64,000 nucleotides of DNA from Mustelus asterias. Its lineage: Eukaryota. Both the position numbers and the translations under genes were made by a program. The stretch is taken from contig NW_027590141.1 of NCBI RefSeq assembly GCF_964213995.1, positions 1,302,001 to 1,366,000 of the forward strand, in the 5' to 3' direction. Under the pieces are notes generated by a model. The model did no database searches and was not told the origin of the DNA. It was given only the letters and a program-made list of their open reading frames with translations. Shown here piece after piece: positions 1-12,938 of this stretch; within the stretch, counting starts at the first letter, position 1; the number at the start of each line of letters is the position of its first letter.

Positions 1-604
1 AAACCAGAGCACCCGGAGGAAACCCACGCAGACACGGGGAGAACGTGCAAACGCCACACAGACAGTGACCCAAACCAGGAATTGAACCCAGGTCCCTGGC
101 GTTTTGAGGCAGCAGTGCTAACCACTGTGCTATCGTGCCACCCCGACAAAACAGCAGCTTCTCACTGGGGAGAGACCATTCAGCTGCCCCGAATGACAGA
201 TGGGATTCACTTAGTGTCATTTCAGCAGAAAGGACACTGAGTTCCCACTGGAGAAACCTTTGAAATGATCTACAAGCAACGTATTCTGACCAATGAGAGA
301 CTTCTCAGACTAGGTTTAGGAAATTGAAAATAAATGTCAAATAAATCAACTATGTATTAAATACAATGCCAACTCTTCAATATCTCTGAAACAAGTTAGT
401 TTTTTTTGAAGGGCTCTCCCTCTCCCCTGTCTCCTCCATCCTCACCTCCAACAAGTGTGAGGAGCTCATGGAGCTTCTTCGTTACTAAGATTGAGACAAT
501 CTGATCAGATTCCTCTGCTGTTTCCCTCCCTTCCGCTAGACCACTGGATCAAGTTCCCAGTTTCCCTAACCCTGAATCCACATCTCTGAACCTGCAGTCA
601 ATCG

Positions 605-732
605 GCTCTGAGGAAGGGTCATCTAGACTCAAAACGTTGGCTTGCCACAGATGCTGTCAGACCTGCTGAGATTTTCCAGCATTTTCTGTTTTTGTTTGAA
701 ATTCCAGCATCCGCAGTATTTTGCTTTTATCT
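605..732 (+). mobile_element. Penelope-type pLTR remnant (family 1) with a degenerate hammerhead ribozyme
   Basis: ctgaggaagggtcatctagactcaaaacgttgg...gatgctgtcagacctgctgagattttccagc. The same ~130-bp unit recurs near 16975, 17510, 18140, 33270, 35460, 36090, 38262, 52115, 54492 and 62360. Confidence 0.65.
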
Positions 733-876
733 ATCTGGGCGGGTTGTGTGGGTGGCTGGCGGAGGGAGCTGCTTTCTTTGTTGGAGATTGTGGGAAGAAG
801 CCGGAAGCAGCAGATCACCGTTCAGCTGCTCACAGTGTGGGAAGAGTTTCAGGACATAACCCCACCTTCAGACACG

Positions 877-1520
<644 letters not shown>

Positions 1521-2532
1521 TTACAGAAGTTATATTTTGCAGGTATTGGTGCTGTTAATCCCATCCAGGACTGAAACATGTTCATTCTGACAGTTGAAGC
1601 TGATCTCTAATGTCAGTTACCCATGTTAGACTGAGCATGTACCCCACCGCATCTCTCAAACAATAGATCGTCATGTCTGCAAACCTCATTTTAAATTTAT
1701 ATCATTTAGAAACCGTGTTGAAATAAAGATGAACAATAAACAGATCACAGTCCAATCTTGCAGCTCTAGGATGAGACTGTGTTAGCTCTGAATGTTGGTA
1801 ATCACATGTTGTTTTGAGCTGTTTGACAGGTTGTTCAAAGTTATTAACTTGTCAGATATTGAAGGAATTATTCTGAAAGTAAATTTAACAGTTTATATCC
1901 TCAGACTCTGGTCCCTGCTGTAATGAATACTCAGCATCCATTAGGGCTGACTTACAGTGAATCACTGACTATCCTGTAGGACCTTGGTTACTTGTTTTGT
2001 GAACTAGTTCTCCCCATTAGTTTTGAACTGCAGGATAACTCTGATTACATTTAGACATGTCTAGAAAGGGTCTGTGTGCCAAATTTAACTGCAATTTGTA
2101 ACCAACAAATAATGTTCATGTCCTGACGTATAGTCTGATGTCTTGGTAATTTGTGAAAGAAGATTAACTTCACTCACTCAGCAGTTTGAGGGGAACCAGA
2201 CTGAGGGTTAATCTTTTTTTATTCGTCCATGGGATGTGAGGGTCACTGGCTGGGCCAGCATTTGTTGCCCATCTCTGAGGGCATTTAAGAGTCGACCACA
2301 TTGCTGAGGATCTGGAGTCACATTGTAGGCCAGACCGGGTAAGGATGGCAGATTTCCTTCCCTAAAGGATCAGATGGTGAACCAGATGGGTTTTTACAAC
2401 AATTGACAATGGTTTCATGGTCATCATCAGACATTTAATTCCATATTGTGCTGCTCGGGCTGCAGTGGAGAGTGACAGTTGGGGAAGTGTGGGGAAGTTT
2501 TTTTTTTTTGTTTTCTTTTTTTCTTGCTGGTA

Positions 2533-3462
2533 ATGGCTTCAGGGATGGCAGTTCAGGCAGTATGCTGCATCTCCTGTGGGATGTATGTGGTGAGGAAATC
2601 CAGTAGTGTTTCAGGAGATTTTAGTTGTAAGAAGTGCATTAGATTGCAGCTTCTGGAGGAGCGTGTAAAGGAGCTGGAGGGGGAGGTAGAGGAACTCCGC
2701 ATAATTCGGGAGGCGGAGGTGGAAGTTGATAGGAGTTATAGAGAAATAGTAACTCCTAGAAATGAGGCTTGGGTCAATGCCAGGAGGAGGGGTAAGAAGC
2801 AATCGGGAAGACAATCCCCTGGGGCGGTTCCCCTCCATAATAGGTTTTCGGTGCTGGAGGCTACAGTTGAGGAGGAATCAACTGAGCATAGAGAGCAGAT
2901 CTCTGGGGGTGAGCCGAGTGAGAAAGCTCAGGTGGTTAGGGGCTGTAAAAGACTGGGCCTTGTGATTGGGGACTCCACAATTAAGGGGACAGATAGGAGG
3001 GTCGGAACTAAAGGTAGGGACTCAGGGTTGGTGTGTTGCCTACCAGGGGCTGGGGTCCGGGATGTGTCTGACAGGGTATTCAGGATTCTTAGGGGGGAGG
3101 GAGATAAACCACAAGTTATTGTACATGTGGGGACACACGACATAGGGAGGATAGGGGAAGGGGATATTAGGCAGGGATTTATGGAGTTGGGGTGGAAACT
3201 AAAGGCCAAGACTGACAGAGTGGTTATCTCTGGACTCTTGCCTGTACCACGGGATAGTTTAGAGAGGAATAGGGAGAGGGAAGGTTTGAATTCATGGCTG
3301 AGGGGATGGTGCAAGAGGGAGGGGTTCAGGTACTTAAGCAATTGGGGCTCGTACTGGGGAAGGTGTGACCTCTATGAGAAGGATGGTCTACACCTTAATC
3401 AGAAGGGGACCAATATCCTGGGGGGTAAATTTGCTAAGGCCATGCAAGGAGGTTTAAACTGA
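2533..3462 (+). CDS. CR1 ORF1p: N-terminal CxxC...CxxC zinc finger, coiled coil, SGNH/GDSL-esterase-like domain
   Basis: CISC...CKKC, heptad stretch LLEERVKELEGEVEELR, and motifs IGDS, HVGTHD, DGLHL. Confidence 0.9.
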   Translation: MASGMAVQAVCCISCGMYVVRKSSSVSGDFSCKKCIRLQLLEERVKELEGEVEELRIIREAEVEVDRSYREIVTPRNEAWVNARRRGKKQSGRQSPGAVPLHNRFSVLEATVEEESTEHREQISGGEPSEKAQVVRGCKRLGLVIGDSTIKGTDRRVGTKGRDSGLVCCLPGAGVRDVSDRVFRILRGEGDKPQVIVHVGTHDIGRIGEGDIRQGFMELGWKLKAKTDRVVISGLLPVPRDSLERNREREGLNSWLRGWCKREGFRYLSNWGSYWGRCDLYEKDGLHLNQKGTNILGGKFAKAMQGGLN

Positions 3463-3512
3463 TTCGGGGGGGGGGAGGGATCCTGAGTAGTGGGGCTGAA
3501 AGTGAGGGATGC

Positions 3513-6332
3513 ATGGATGCGGACTGCAATGCACGGCATTGCAGAGGTGGGGTGGAGCAGGGTTTGAAATGTGTATACTTCAATGCCAGGAGTATTCGCA
3601 ATAAAGTGGGTGAACTTGCAGCGTGGATCAGTACCTGGGACTTCGATGTTGTGGCTATTTCAGAGACATGGATAGAGCAGGGGCAGGAATGGATGCTGCA
3701 GGTCCCGGGGTTCAAATGTTTTAGTCGAAGTAGGGAAGGAGGTAGAAGAGGGGGAGGGGTAGCATTATTGGTCAGAGATTGTATCACAGTGTCAGAGAGG
3801 AGGTTTGATGAGGACTTATCTGTTGAGGTAGTATGGGCGGAGATTAGAAATAGGAGAGGAGAGGTCACCCTGTTGGGAGTCTTTTATAGACCTCCTAAAA
3901 GTTCTAGAGAGGTTGAGGAAAGGATTGCGGAGTCAATCCTGCTTAGGAGTGAAAGTAATAGGGCAATTGTTATGGGGGATTTTAACTTGACTAATATTGA
4001 CTGGAATTGTTATAGCTCTAGCTCGTTAGAGGGGTCAGTTTTTGTTCAAAGCGTGCAGGAAGGTTTTTTGACTCAGTATGTAGACAGGCCAACTAGAGGT
4101 GAGGCTATATTGGATCTGGTGCTGGGAAATGAGCCAGACCAGGTGCTAGACTTGGAAGTTGGTGTGCATTTTGGTGATAGTGACCACAATTCGGTTACGT
4201 TCACCTTAGTGATGGAAAGGGATAGGCATGAACCTCGGGCCAGTGGTTTTAGCTGGGGGAAGGGTAATTATGAGGCTATTAGGAGAGAATTAGGAAACAT
4301 AGGTTGGACTAGGAGATTACAGGGACTGGGAACGTCCGACATGTGGAGTTTTTTCAAGGAGCAGCTACTGCGAGTCTGTGATAGGTATGTCCCTGTCAGG
4401 CAAGGAGGAATTGGTAGGGCTAGGGAACCGTGGTGCACCAAAAAAGTTTCTTTGTTGGTTAAAAAGAAAAAGGAGGCTTATGTTCGGATGAGACGTGAGC
4501 ACTCGGGTAGTGCACTAGAAAGCTTTAGATTGGCTAAGAGGGAGTTGAAGAGCGAGCTTAGAAGGGCTAAAAGGGGACATGAGAAGACTTTGGCGGATAG
4601 GGTTAAAGAGAATCCTAAGGCGTTCTATAGGTATGTCAAGAACAGAAGGTTGGTTAGGGCAAGTTTAGGGCCAGTTATAGATGGCAGAGGGAAGTTATGT
4701 GTGGAACCGGAGGAGATTGGTGAAGCATTGAACCAATATTTCTCTTCGGTGTTCACGCAAGGGGACATGAATATAGCTGAGGAGGACACTGGGTTGCAAG
4801 GGAGTAGAATAGACAGTATTACAGTTGATAAGGAGGATGTGCAGGATATTCTGGAGGGTCTGAAAATAGATAAATCCCCTGGTCCGGATGGGATTTATCC
4901 AAGGATTCTCTGGGAGGCAAGAGAAGTGATTGCAGAGCCTCTGGCTCTGATCTTCAGGTCGTCGTTGGCCTCTGGTATAGTACCAGAAGATTGGAGGTTA
5001 GCGAATGTTGTCCCATTGTTTAAGAAGGGGAACAGAGACTTCCCCGGGAATTATAGACCGGTGAGTCTCACTTCTGTTGTCGGCAAGATGTTGGAAAAAA
5101 TTATAAGGGATAGGATTTATAGTTATTTGGAGAGTAATGAATTGATAGGTGATAGTCAGCATGGTTTTGTGGCAGGTAGGTCGTGCCTTACTAACCTTAT
5201 TGAGTTTTTTGAGAAAGTGACCAAGGAGGTGGATGGGGGCAAGGCAGTGGACGTGGTATATATGGATTTTAGTAAGGCGTTTGATAAGGTTCACCATGGT
5301 AGGCTTCTGCAGAAAATGCAGATGTATGGGATTGGGGGTGATCTAGGAAATTGGATCAGGAATTGGCTAGCGGATAGGAAACAGAGGGTGGTGGTTGATA
5401 GTAAATATTCATCATGGAGTGCGGTTACAAGTGGTGTACCTCAGGGATCTGTTTTGGGGCCACTGCTGTTTGTAATATTTATTAATGATCTGGATGAGGG
5501 TATAGTTGGGTGGATTAGCAAATTTGCTGATGACACCAAAGTCGGTGGTGTGGTAGACAGTGAGGAAGGGTGTCGTAGTTTGCAGGAAGACTTAGACAGG
5601 TTGCAAAGTTGGGCCGAGAGGTGGCGGATGGAGTTTAATGCGGAGAAGTGTGAGGTAATTCACTTTGGTAGGAATAACAGATGTGTTGAGTATAGGGCTA
5701 ACGGGAGGACTTTGAATAGTGTGGAGGAGCAGAGGGATCTAGGTGTATGTGTGCATAGATCCCTGAAAGTTGGGAATCAAGTAGATAAGGTTGTTAAGAA
5801 GGCATATGGTGTCTTGGCGTTTATTGGTAGGGGGATTGAATTTAGGAGTCGTAGCGTTATGTTGCAACTGTACACAACTCTGGTGCGGCCGCACTTGGAG
5901 TACTGTGTGCAGTTCTGGTCCCCACATTACAGGAAGGATGTGGAGGCTTTGGAGAGGGTGCAGAGGAGGTTTACCAGGATGTTGCCTGGTATGGAGGGGA
6001 GATCCTATGAGGAGAGGCTGAGGGATTTGGGATTGTTTTCGCTGGAAAGGCGGCGGCTAAGAGGGGATCTTATTGAAACATATAAGATGATTAGAGGTTT
6101 AGATAGGGTGGATAGTGATAGCCTTTTTCCTCTGATGGAGAAATCCAGCACGAGGGGGCATGGCTTTAAATTGAGGGGGGGTAGTTATAGAACCGATGTC
6201 AGGGGTAGGTTCTTTACCCAGAGGGTGGTGAGGGATTGGAATGCCCTGCCAGCATCAGTAGTAAATGCGCCTAGTTTGGGGGCGTTTAAGAGATCCGTAG
6301 ATAGGTTCATGGACGAAAAGAAATTGGTTTAG
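3513..6332 (+). CDS. CR1 ORF2p: APE endonuclease plus reverse transcriptase (939 aa)
   Basis: Endonuclease motifs YFNARS, ISETW, GDFN, SDHN. RT motifs [33 protein letters not shown]. Confidence 0.97.
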   Translation: MDADCNARHCRGGVEQGLKCVYFNARSIRNKVGELAAWISTWDFDVVAISETWIEQGQEWMLQVPGFKCFSRSREGGRRGGGVALLVRDCITVSERRFDEDLSVEVVWAEIRNRRGEVTLLGVFYRPPKSSREVEERIAESILLRSESNRAIVMGDFNLTNIDWNCYSSSSLEGSVFVQSVQEGFLTQYVDRPTRGEAILDLVLGNEPDQVLDLEVGVHFGDSDHNSVTFTLVMERDRHEPRASGFSWGKGNYEAIRRELGNIGWTRRLQGLGTSDMWSFFKEQLLRVCDRYVPVRQGGIGRAREPWCTKKVSLLVKKKKEAYVRMRREHSGSALESFRLAKRELKSELRRAKRGHEKTLADRVKENPKAFYRYVKNRRLVRASLGPVIDGRGKLCVEPEEIGEALNQYFSSVFTQGDMNIAEEDTGLQGSRIDSITVDKEDVQDILEGLKIDKSPGPDGIYPRILWEAREVIAEPLALIFRSSLASGIVPEDWRLANVVPLFKKGNRDFPGNYRPVSLTSVVGKMLEKIIRDRIYSYLESNELIGDSQHGFVAGRSCLTNLIEFFEKVTKEVDGGKAVDVVYMDFSKAFDKVHHGRLLQKMQMYGIGGDLGNWIRNWLADRKQRVVVDSKYSSWSAVTSGVPQGSVLGPLLFVIFINDLDEGIVGWISKFADDTKVGGVVDSEEGCRSLQEDLDRLQSWAERWRMEFNAEKCEVIHFGRNNRCVEYRANGRTLNSVEEQRDLGVCVHRSLKVGNQVDKVVKKAYGVLAFIGRGIEFRSRSVMLQLYTTLVRPHLEYCVQFWSPHYRKDVEALERVQRRFTRMLPGMEGRSYEERLRDLGLFSLERRRLRGDLIETYKMIRGLDRVDSDSLFPLMEKSSTRGHGFKLRGGSYRTDVRGRFFTQRVVRDWNALPASVVNAPSLGAFKRSVDRFMDEKKLV

Positions 6333-6779
6333 GTTGGAGGGTCACAGTTTTTTTTTTTTTTTAACTGGTCGGTGCAACATCGTGGGCCGAAGGGCCTGTT
6401 CTGCGCTGTAATGTTCTATGTTCTATGTTCTATGTTCTATATTTTTATTGAATTCAAATTTCACCATCTGCCGCGCTGGAATTTGAACCTGGGTTCCCAG
6501 AGGATCACCCTGGGTCTCTGGATTGCTAGTCCAGTGACGATACCACTATACCACCGCGTCCCCTGACAGGCGGGGATACTAACCTCTACACTAATGAGGA
6601 AGTTGCTGATTAAACATAAGAAATAGAAGCAGGAAGAGGCCATTCAGCCCTTCAGGCCTGCTCTGCTACTCAATAAGATCATGCCTGATCTTCACCCTCC
6701 CCATAATGCTAAATTCCCTTTGTATCCGATATCAATCTTTGTCTTAAATAACTCCCAACCCCACACTCTTCCCAATAAG

Positions 6780-7598
6780 ACCATAAGACATAGGAGCAGA
6801 ATTAGGCCACTTGGCCCATTGCGTCTGCTCCACCATTCAATCATGGCTGATATTTTTCTCATCCCCATTCTCCTACCTTTTCCCAATAACCGCTGATCCC
6901 CTTATTAATCAAGAACCTATCGACCTCTGTCTTAAAGACACTCAATGACCTGGCCTCAACAGCCTCCTGCGGCAAAGACTTCCACAGATTCACCACTCTC
7001 TGGCTGAAGAAATTCCTCATCTCTGTTTTAAAGGATCATCCCTTTAGCCTGAGGTTGTGTTCCCTCTGGTTCTAGTTTTTCCTACTAGTGGAAACATCCT
7101 CTCCACATCCACACTATCCAGGCCTCGCAGTATCCTGTAAGTTTCAATAAGATCCCCCCTCATCCTTCTAAACTCCAACCAGTACAGACCCAGAGTCCTC
7201 AACCGTTCCTCATACGACAAGCTCTTCATTCCAGGGATCATTCTTGTGAACCTCCTCTGGACCCTTTCCAAGGCCAGCACATCCTTCCTTAGATACGAGG
7301 CCCAAAACTGCTCATAATAGTCCAAATGGAGCCTGACCAGAGCCTTAGACAGCTTCAGAAGTACATCCCTGCTCTTGTATTCTAGCCCTCTCGACATGAA
7401 TGCTAACATTGCATTTTCCTTCCTAACTGCCAACTGAACCTGCAGGTTAACCTTAAGAGAATCTTGAACACGGACTCCCAAGTCCTTTTGTGTTTCTGAT
7501 TTCCTAAGCATTTTCCCATTTAGAAAATAGTCTACGCCTCCATTCCTCCTTCCAAAGTGCATAACCTCACACTTCTCCACATTGTCTTCCATCTTCAA
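6780..7598 (-). mobile_element. 5'-truncated CR1 3' fragment
   Basis: ORF 7044-7598 encodes the CR1 ORF2 C-terminus (KCEVMHFG...LERVQRRFTRMIPG), followed by the 3' UTR and tail. Confidence 0.9.
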
Positions 7599-8330
7599 TG
7601 TGAACTTGCTGGTGGGTCAGCAGGTGGGATGACTGAATGAATCCCTTCCTGCGCACAGAGCAAGTGAATGGTTTCTCCCCAGTGTGACTGCGGCGATGTA
7701 TTTCCAGCAGCGAAGGGTAACTGAATCCCTTCCCACAGTCCCCACATTTCCGTGGTTTCCTTGGGTGTCCTTGTGTCCGTCGAGGTTAAACAATCTGTTC
7801 AAGCCTTGTCCACACAAAGAACGTGTGTATTATTTCTCAGTAAAGGAATCAAGGGTCATGGGGATAAGGCAGGAAAGTGGAATTCAGGATTATATCAGAT
7901 CAGTGAATAGTGAGCAGACTGAATGGGCCCAATGGCCTAATTCTGCTCCAAGATCTTCTCATCCTTTGGCTCTCTGCTGTGAATAGTGAGTTTTTAAAAA
8001 AAATCAGGCTGTGTAACTGGTTAAAGCTCTTTCCTCAGTCAGTTTACTGGAACACTCTCACCCAGGTGTGTGTGTATGTCTTGGTGCTTTTCCAGTCACA
8101 CTGATGTTTGAAATCTTTCCTCACCGCCAAAAGAGAAAAACATTTCTCCTTCCACATTTAAAGGTCGATGATATTCAGGTTCTGATGAATTGAGGGACTC
8201 TGTCAGCTCTTGATGTGATGTTTGGTTTCAGTTTCCCATCAGCAATTCATCGCCCTCGTGGACCTTGTAAAAGATATTGACAGAGTCAGTATCGCTGTCA
8301 GCACAGGATAGAAAGTCAGAACAGACAATT
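7599..8330 (-). pseudogene. C2H2 zinc-finger pseudogene (5' part), truncated at the CR1
   Basis: Minus strand reads [50 protein letters not shown] and then joins the CR1. The upstream region matches the ZNF last-exon cassette near 59960-60200. Confidence 0.8.
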
Positions 8331-9139
8331 CTAGTTTCCATGGAATATTCTTTTATCTTTTGTTTCCCCAATCTTGTGGTCCAATCAAACTTCCATCTCA
8401 ACTAAACCAGAACTTTGTTTCCAGTGTCTATGAGACACTCTGTACCCTGAGTTGTGGGAGGTATCGAGTGTTCCAGTCGACACTGCACGGTTCTTCTCCA
8501 GGACCACACGAGCATGGACAAGACCGTGGGAGAGAGGCCGACAGCCAAGTTACCCCATGCAGATCTACAAATCACTGTTTTAACCAGCCCCAAGAGCAGA
8601 TCCAGGAAAAGATCCTCTGACCTCCCAAGCCTCCTCCACATGGGCAGCCAATGATTAGGAGCGTGGGGCAGAATAGAAGTGGAACTAAAAGTGGAGAAGC
8701 AGCTCCTTCAGGGACTGCAACCTCTCACACTGAATATGTACATGGTTCATGGACTTCTGCAAACATCAGCTGCAGGCTGGGAGCGGGTGAAACTGTTTAG
8801 ACACCTGTTGCCCAGTTTGCTGGGAGGCACGGTGACACAGTGGTTAGACCTGGCTTCAGTTCCCGGATTGGGTCACTGTCTGTGTAGAGTTTGCACATTA
8901 TCCCTGTGTCTGTGTGGGTTTCCTTCAGGTGCTCAGGTTTCCTCCCACAGTCCGAAAGATGTGCTGGTTAGGTGCACTGGCCGTGCTAAATTCTCTCTGT
9001 GTACCTGAACAGGTGTCGGAGTGTGGCGACTGGGGGATTTTCACAGTAACTTCATTGTAGTGTCAATGTAAACCTCCTTCTGACACTAATCAATAATATT
9101 CACGCTGATGTGCTGGAAACTGGGACCCGGGAGGAACTG

Positions 9140-9520
9140 TAAAACCTAAGCCCCGCCCTCACTGTTGCGTCATGAAGACCCTGGCGCATGCGCCTCTCGC
9201 TGATCCAAGATGGTGGCCGTTGGACTGGACTTGGGTTTCGGGGGGAAAAAAGATCCGGAGCTGCAAACACGAATCTCAATCGGGGTTTGAGGCACCCGCC
9301 AGGTGTTTAGAAACTCTTCTTCTCCAGAGCCGGCTCCATCGCTCCCTCAGAGTTTCCGTTTCCTTCCCCGTGGCAAAGAGACAAAAAGAGAGACTCACCC
9401 CATCGCCATGACTGACAGTGCGCATGCTCCAATACTGAGCGATACTGCGGCTGCGCAGTACCTTCCTCTGGTGTAAATAGGGGACATTCACCACCGCGGC
9501 GAATGCTGGGTAAACCCTCC
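9140..9520. promoter_or_regulatory. CpG-rich putative bidirectional ZNF promoter
   Basis: GC box, GCGCATGCGC (NRF1-type) at 9184, CAAGATGGtGGC (YY1-type). Minus-strand donor GG|gtgagt at ~9398 and plus-strand donor G|gtaaac at ~9510. It lies between divergent ZNF loci. Confidence 0.6.
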
Positions 9521-9649
9521 GTCATTGAAAGTCGTTATTATTGACTGGTGATTTTTTTGCTGTGATGTGGAGATTGGGAGGAGGGTCGAAAAAGCTGTGC
9601 ACAGATCCTTCATTCATCAGAAAGAACAGAAGTGGGAACTGGTGGATAA

Positions 9650-10345
9650 TTTTGATTTATTATTGTCACGTTATGGTTTACAGTGAAAATTATTATTTCT
9701 TGCGCACTGTACAGACAAAGCATTCCATTCATAGAGCAGATAGGAGAGAAGGAAAGAAAAGGGTGCAGAATGTAGTGTTACAGTCATATCCAGGGTGTAG
9801 CAAAAGATCAACTTAATATAAGTCAGCTCCATTCAAAATTCTGATGGCAGTAGGGATTAAGCTGTTTTTGAGTCAGTTGGTACCTGATCTCAGACTTTTT
9901 TATCCTTTTTCCCGATGGAAGAAGGTGGAAGAGAGTGTGTCCGGAGTGTGTGGGGTTCTTTTTTGATTTGATTTATTATTGTCACATGTATTAGTGTACA
10001 GTGAAAAGCATTGTTCCTTGTGCACTGTACAGACAAAGCATACTGTACATAGGGAAGGAAAGGAGAGAGTGCAGAATGTAGTATTACAGTCACAGTTGGG
10101 CTGTAGAGAAAGATCAAATTAATGAGAAGTAGGTCTATTCAAAAGTCTGATGGCAGCAGGGAAGAAGGTGTTCTTGAATCGGTTGGTACATGATCTCAGA
10201 CTTTTGTACCTTTTTCTTGTCAGAAGAAGGTTGAAGAGAGTATGTCCGGGGTGTGTGACATTCTCGATTATGTTGGCTGCTTTTCCGAGGCAGCGGGAAG
10301 TGTAGATGGAGTCAATGGATGGGAGGCTAGTTTGCGTAATGGACT
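9650..10345 (-). mobile_element. Two adjacent 3' fragments of a Rex1/Babar-like LINE
   Basis: C-terminus SLPSIDSIYTSRCLGKAANII...HPGHTLFNLL...RYKSLRSCTNRFKNTFFPAAIRLLN, with an aataaatcaaatcaaa tail. The 3' part is present twice. Confidence 0.7.
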
Positions 10346-10519
10346 GCGCAAATGTCCCAAAGTTTTCCACAAACAACAGCAAAATCCAACTATTTCAGTC
10401 AAATATAAACTCAGAAGCTGGTGTGACTGAGTGAAGTATTTATTTGAGTAACTGTCAGGATTGTTTTCTGATGGATATTCCAAGTCATTTTTTAAATTGT
10501 TCAATTGATTCTAGTCGTT

Positions 10520-10780
10520 GGCTAGACTAGCATTTATTGGCCATCCTTAATTGCCTTTGAAAAGGTGGTGGTGAGCTGCCTTCTTGAATCGCTGCAGTCT
10601 ATGTGGTGTAGGTACATCCACAGTGTTGTTAGGGAGGGAATTCCAGGATTTTGATCCAATGACATTGAAGGAACAGTGACATATTTCCAAGTCAAGATGC
10701 TGAGTGGCTTGGGGGGGGACTTCCAGGTAGTGGTTTTCCCCACCTGTCCACTGTCCTTGTCCTCCTGGATTGTAGCGGTC
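10520..10780 (-). mobile_element. LINE (L2/CR1-clade) 3' end sharing its tail with the DeuSINE-like SINE
   Basis: SKSWNSLPNNTVDVPTPHRLQRFKKAAHHHL, then ...aaggcaattaaggatggccaataaatgc. Related pieces near 11130-11350, 38000-38480 and 50685-50775. Confidence 0.6.
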
Positions 10781-11732
10781 ATTGGTTTTGTTTCCTTGTT
10801 TTCCTTTCATCTGTGGAATTTGCTACCCCAAAGTGCGGTGGATGCTGGGCAGTGAGTAATTTAAGGAGGAGTTAGACAGATTTTTAATTGGTTATGGGTT
10901 GAAAGGTTATGGGGAGAAGGCAGGAAAATGGGGATGAGAAGCATATCAGCCATGATTGAATGGCGGAGCGGACTCGAGGGGCCGAATGGTCTAATTCTGC
11001 TCCTATATCTTATGAAATTGCAGGTTTCATACAGATTTGCAAAAGAACAAAAAAGGCCCAGGTATTTGTCCTGAATTACTATCACAGACAGCGATACGTT
11101 ACCAATCACCAATTGTCCTTTGTGATGGTGATAGTTGGCCTTCTTCTTCTTGAACCTCTGCAGTCCATATAGTAAAGGTGCTCCCACAATGCAAGAGTAT
11201 TAGAATTTTAACCCAGTCACGTTGAAGGGACAGTGATATTTGTCCAAGTCAGGAAGTTGTTTGGTTTGCCCATGTCCCAGCTGCTCTGGTACTTCCAGGT
11301 GGGGAAGATTGTGGGTTGAGGAGATTCTGCCAAAATCCTGGTTGAGTTGCTGATGTATAAAGTCTCTCTCCGTCACCCTCCTCCCGACCTCTCCCTCTTC
11401 ACGCATAAAGGCTGGATTCTTGTTGTTGGCTCTGAAGAGGTGGAGGGCTCCTTTCCCTCAGTGCATTGGTGAACAGTTTGAGGCTTTGTCACAATCCAGC
11501 AGCTTTCATATCCACTATGTCCTCGTCCGAATCCCACAATTTACCAGATTAGTTCAACTCAATTTCACATTTTGTCTTTGTATATTTATGGCTTGTCTCT
11601 CTTTCTGTTTTCAATTCATTTTTCAGCGGATTAGAAGGTGAGGAATTACAGAAAATTGTAAATCAAGGATCACATCACGATCAGACAGGGAGCTTTGATT
11701 CATCAGGATCTAAACATCATCGGCCTTTGAAC

Positions 11733-12938
11733 ATGGAAGAAAAAAGCACCATTCACAGAGAGGAGACACTGTACAAGTGTTCTGTATGTGGACAAGGCTT
11801 CAATCGATCATCTGGCCTGTCGAGACACAAGCGCAGTCACACCAGGGAGAGACCGTATAAATGTGGAGACTGTGGGAAAGGATTCAATTATCCAGTTGAC
11901 CTGCAAAATCACCAACGCACTCACACTGGAGAGAGACCTTTTACCTGCTCTGTGTGTGGGAAGGGATTCACTCAGACAGCTGGCCTGTTGATTCACCAGC
12001 GCATTCACAGCAGGGAGAGGCAGTTCACCTGCTCCGAATGTGGAAAAGGATTTACTCAGTCATCGGCCCTGCTGATACATTGGCACATTCACACAGGGGA
12101 GAGGCCTTTCACCTGCTCTGAGTGCGGGAAGGGATTCACAGATTTCTCTGCCCTGCAGAGACACCAGCGGGTTCACACCGACAGGAGAGAGTTTAAATGC
12201 ACTGAGTGTGGAAAGAGTTTTAAAACTCCACGCACACTCCGGGAGCACCAGTACATTCACACCGGTTCCACACCGTTCAGCTGCTCCCACTGCCAGAAGG
12301 GGTTCAGGACATCATTCCACCTTGTGGCACATGAGCGCATTCACACTGGAGAGAGGCCATTCACCTGCTCTGAATGTGGGAAGGGATTTAACCGATCATC
12401 CAACCTGCAGAAACACCAACGAGTTCACAGTGAAGAGAGACCGTTTAAATGTCCAGACTGCGGGAAGGGCTATAAAAGTTCTGAGGAACTACGTCACCAT
12501 CAACGTGTTCACTCTGACGAGAGACCATTCACGTGTTCTCACTGCGGGACTGGCTTCAGGCGATCAGGCGACCTCTCTGTACACCAGCGAATTCACACTG
12601 GGGAGAGGCCGTTCACCTGCCCTGTGTGTGGGAAGGGATTCACTTGTTTATCCTCTCTCACTTCACACCAACTTGTTCACACAAATGAGAGACCGTTCAA
12701 ATGTTCTGACTGTGAGAAGAGCTTTAAAAGCAGAAAACTTCTGCTCGCACACCAGCGAAATCACTCTGAGGACAAACCGTTCACCTGCACTGAGTGTGGG
12801 AAAGGATTCACCCGGTCATCTATTCTGCTGAGACACCAACAAGTTCACAGTGAGGAGAAGCCGTTCCCTTGTTCAATGTGTGGAAAGAGATTCACCCAGT
12901 CATACAACCTGGTGAGACACCAGCGAGTTCACCAGTGA
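11733..12938 (+). CDS. C2H2 zinc-finger protein (ZNF-A), 14 intact tandem fingers, no effector domain
   Basis: 14 CxxC...HxxxH units with TGERP-type linkers. ATG at 11733, with a splice-acceptor cassette ~100 bp upstream. Confidence 0.92.
   Translation: MEEKSTIHREETLYKCSVCGQGFNRSSGLSRHKRSHTRERPYKCGDCGKGFNYPVDLQNHQRTHTGERPFTCSVCGKGFTQTAGLLIHQRIHSRERQFTCSECGKGFTQSSALLIHWHIHTGERPFTCSECGKGFTDFSALQRHQRVHTDRREFKCTECGKSFKTPRTLREHQYIHTGSTPFSCSHCQKGFRTSFHLVAHERIHTGERPFTCSECGKGFNRSSNLQKHQRVHSEERPFKCPDCGKGYKSSEELRHHQRVHSDERPFTCSHCGTGFRRSGDLSVHQRIHTGERPFTCPVCGKGFTCLSSLTSHQLVHTNERPFKCSDCEKSFKSRKLLLAHQRNHSEDKPFTCTECGKGFTRSSILLRHQQVHSEEKPFPCSMCGKRFTQSYNLVRHQRVHQ

Larger units (their letters stand above)
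2448..6440 (+). mobile_element. Near-full-length CR1 LINE with intact ORF1 and ORF2
   Basis: Short 5' region, two uninterrupted ORFs, CR1-type 3' end (gggccgaagggcctgttctgcgctgta) and a (ttctatg)n tail. Confidence 0.95.
2213..6565 (-). mobile_element. tRNA-derived SINE (DeuSINE/SacSINE-like) split by the CR1 insertion
   Basis: 3' part at 2213-2446 and 5' part at 6440-6565. The two parts rejoin to match the intact + strand copy at ~49800-50150. Another copy lies at ~57675-57950. Family name is from memory. Confidence 0.6.

Noticed and set aside
12208-12831. Alternative-frame and antisense ORFs over ZNF arrays and SINEs
   Set aside because: Shadows of repetitive finger codons or SINE consensus sequence, with no independent coding signal.
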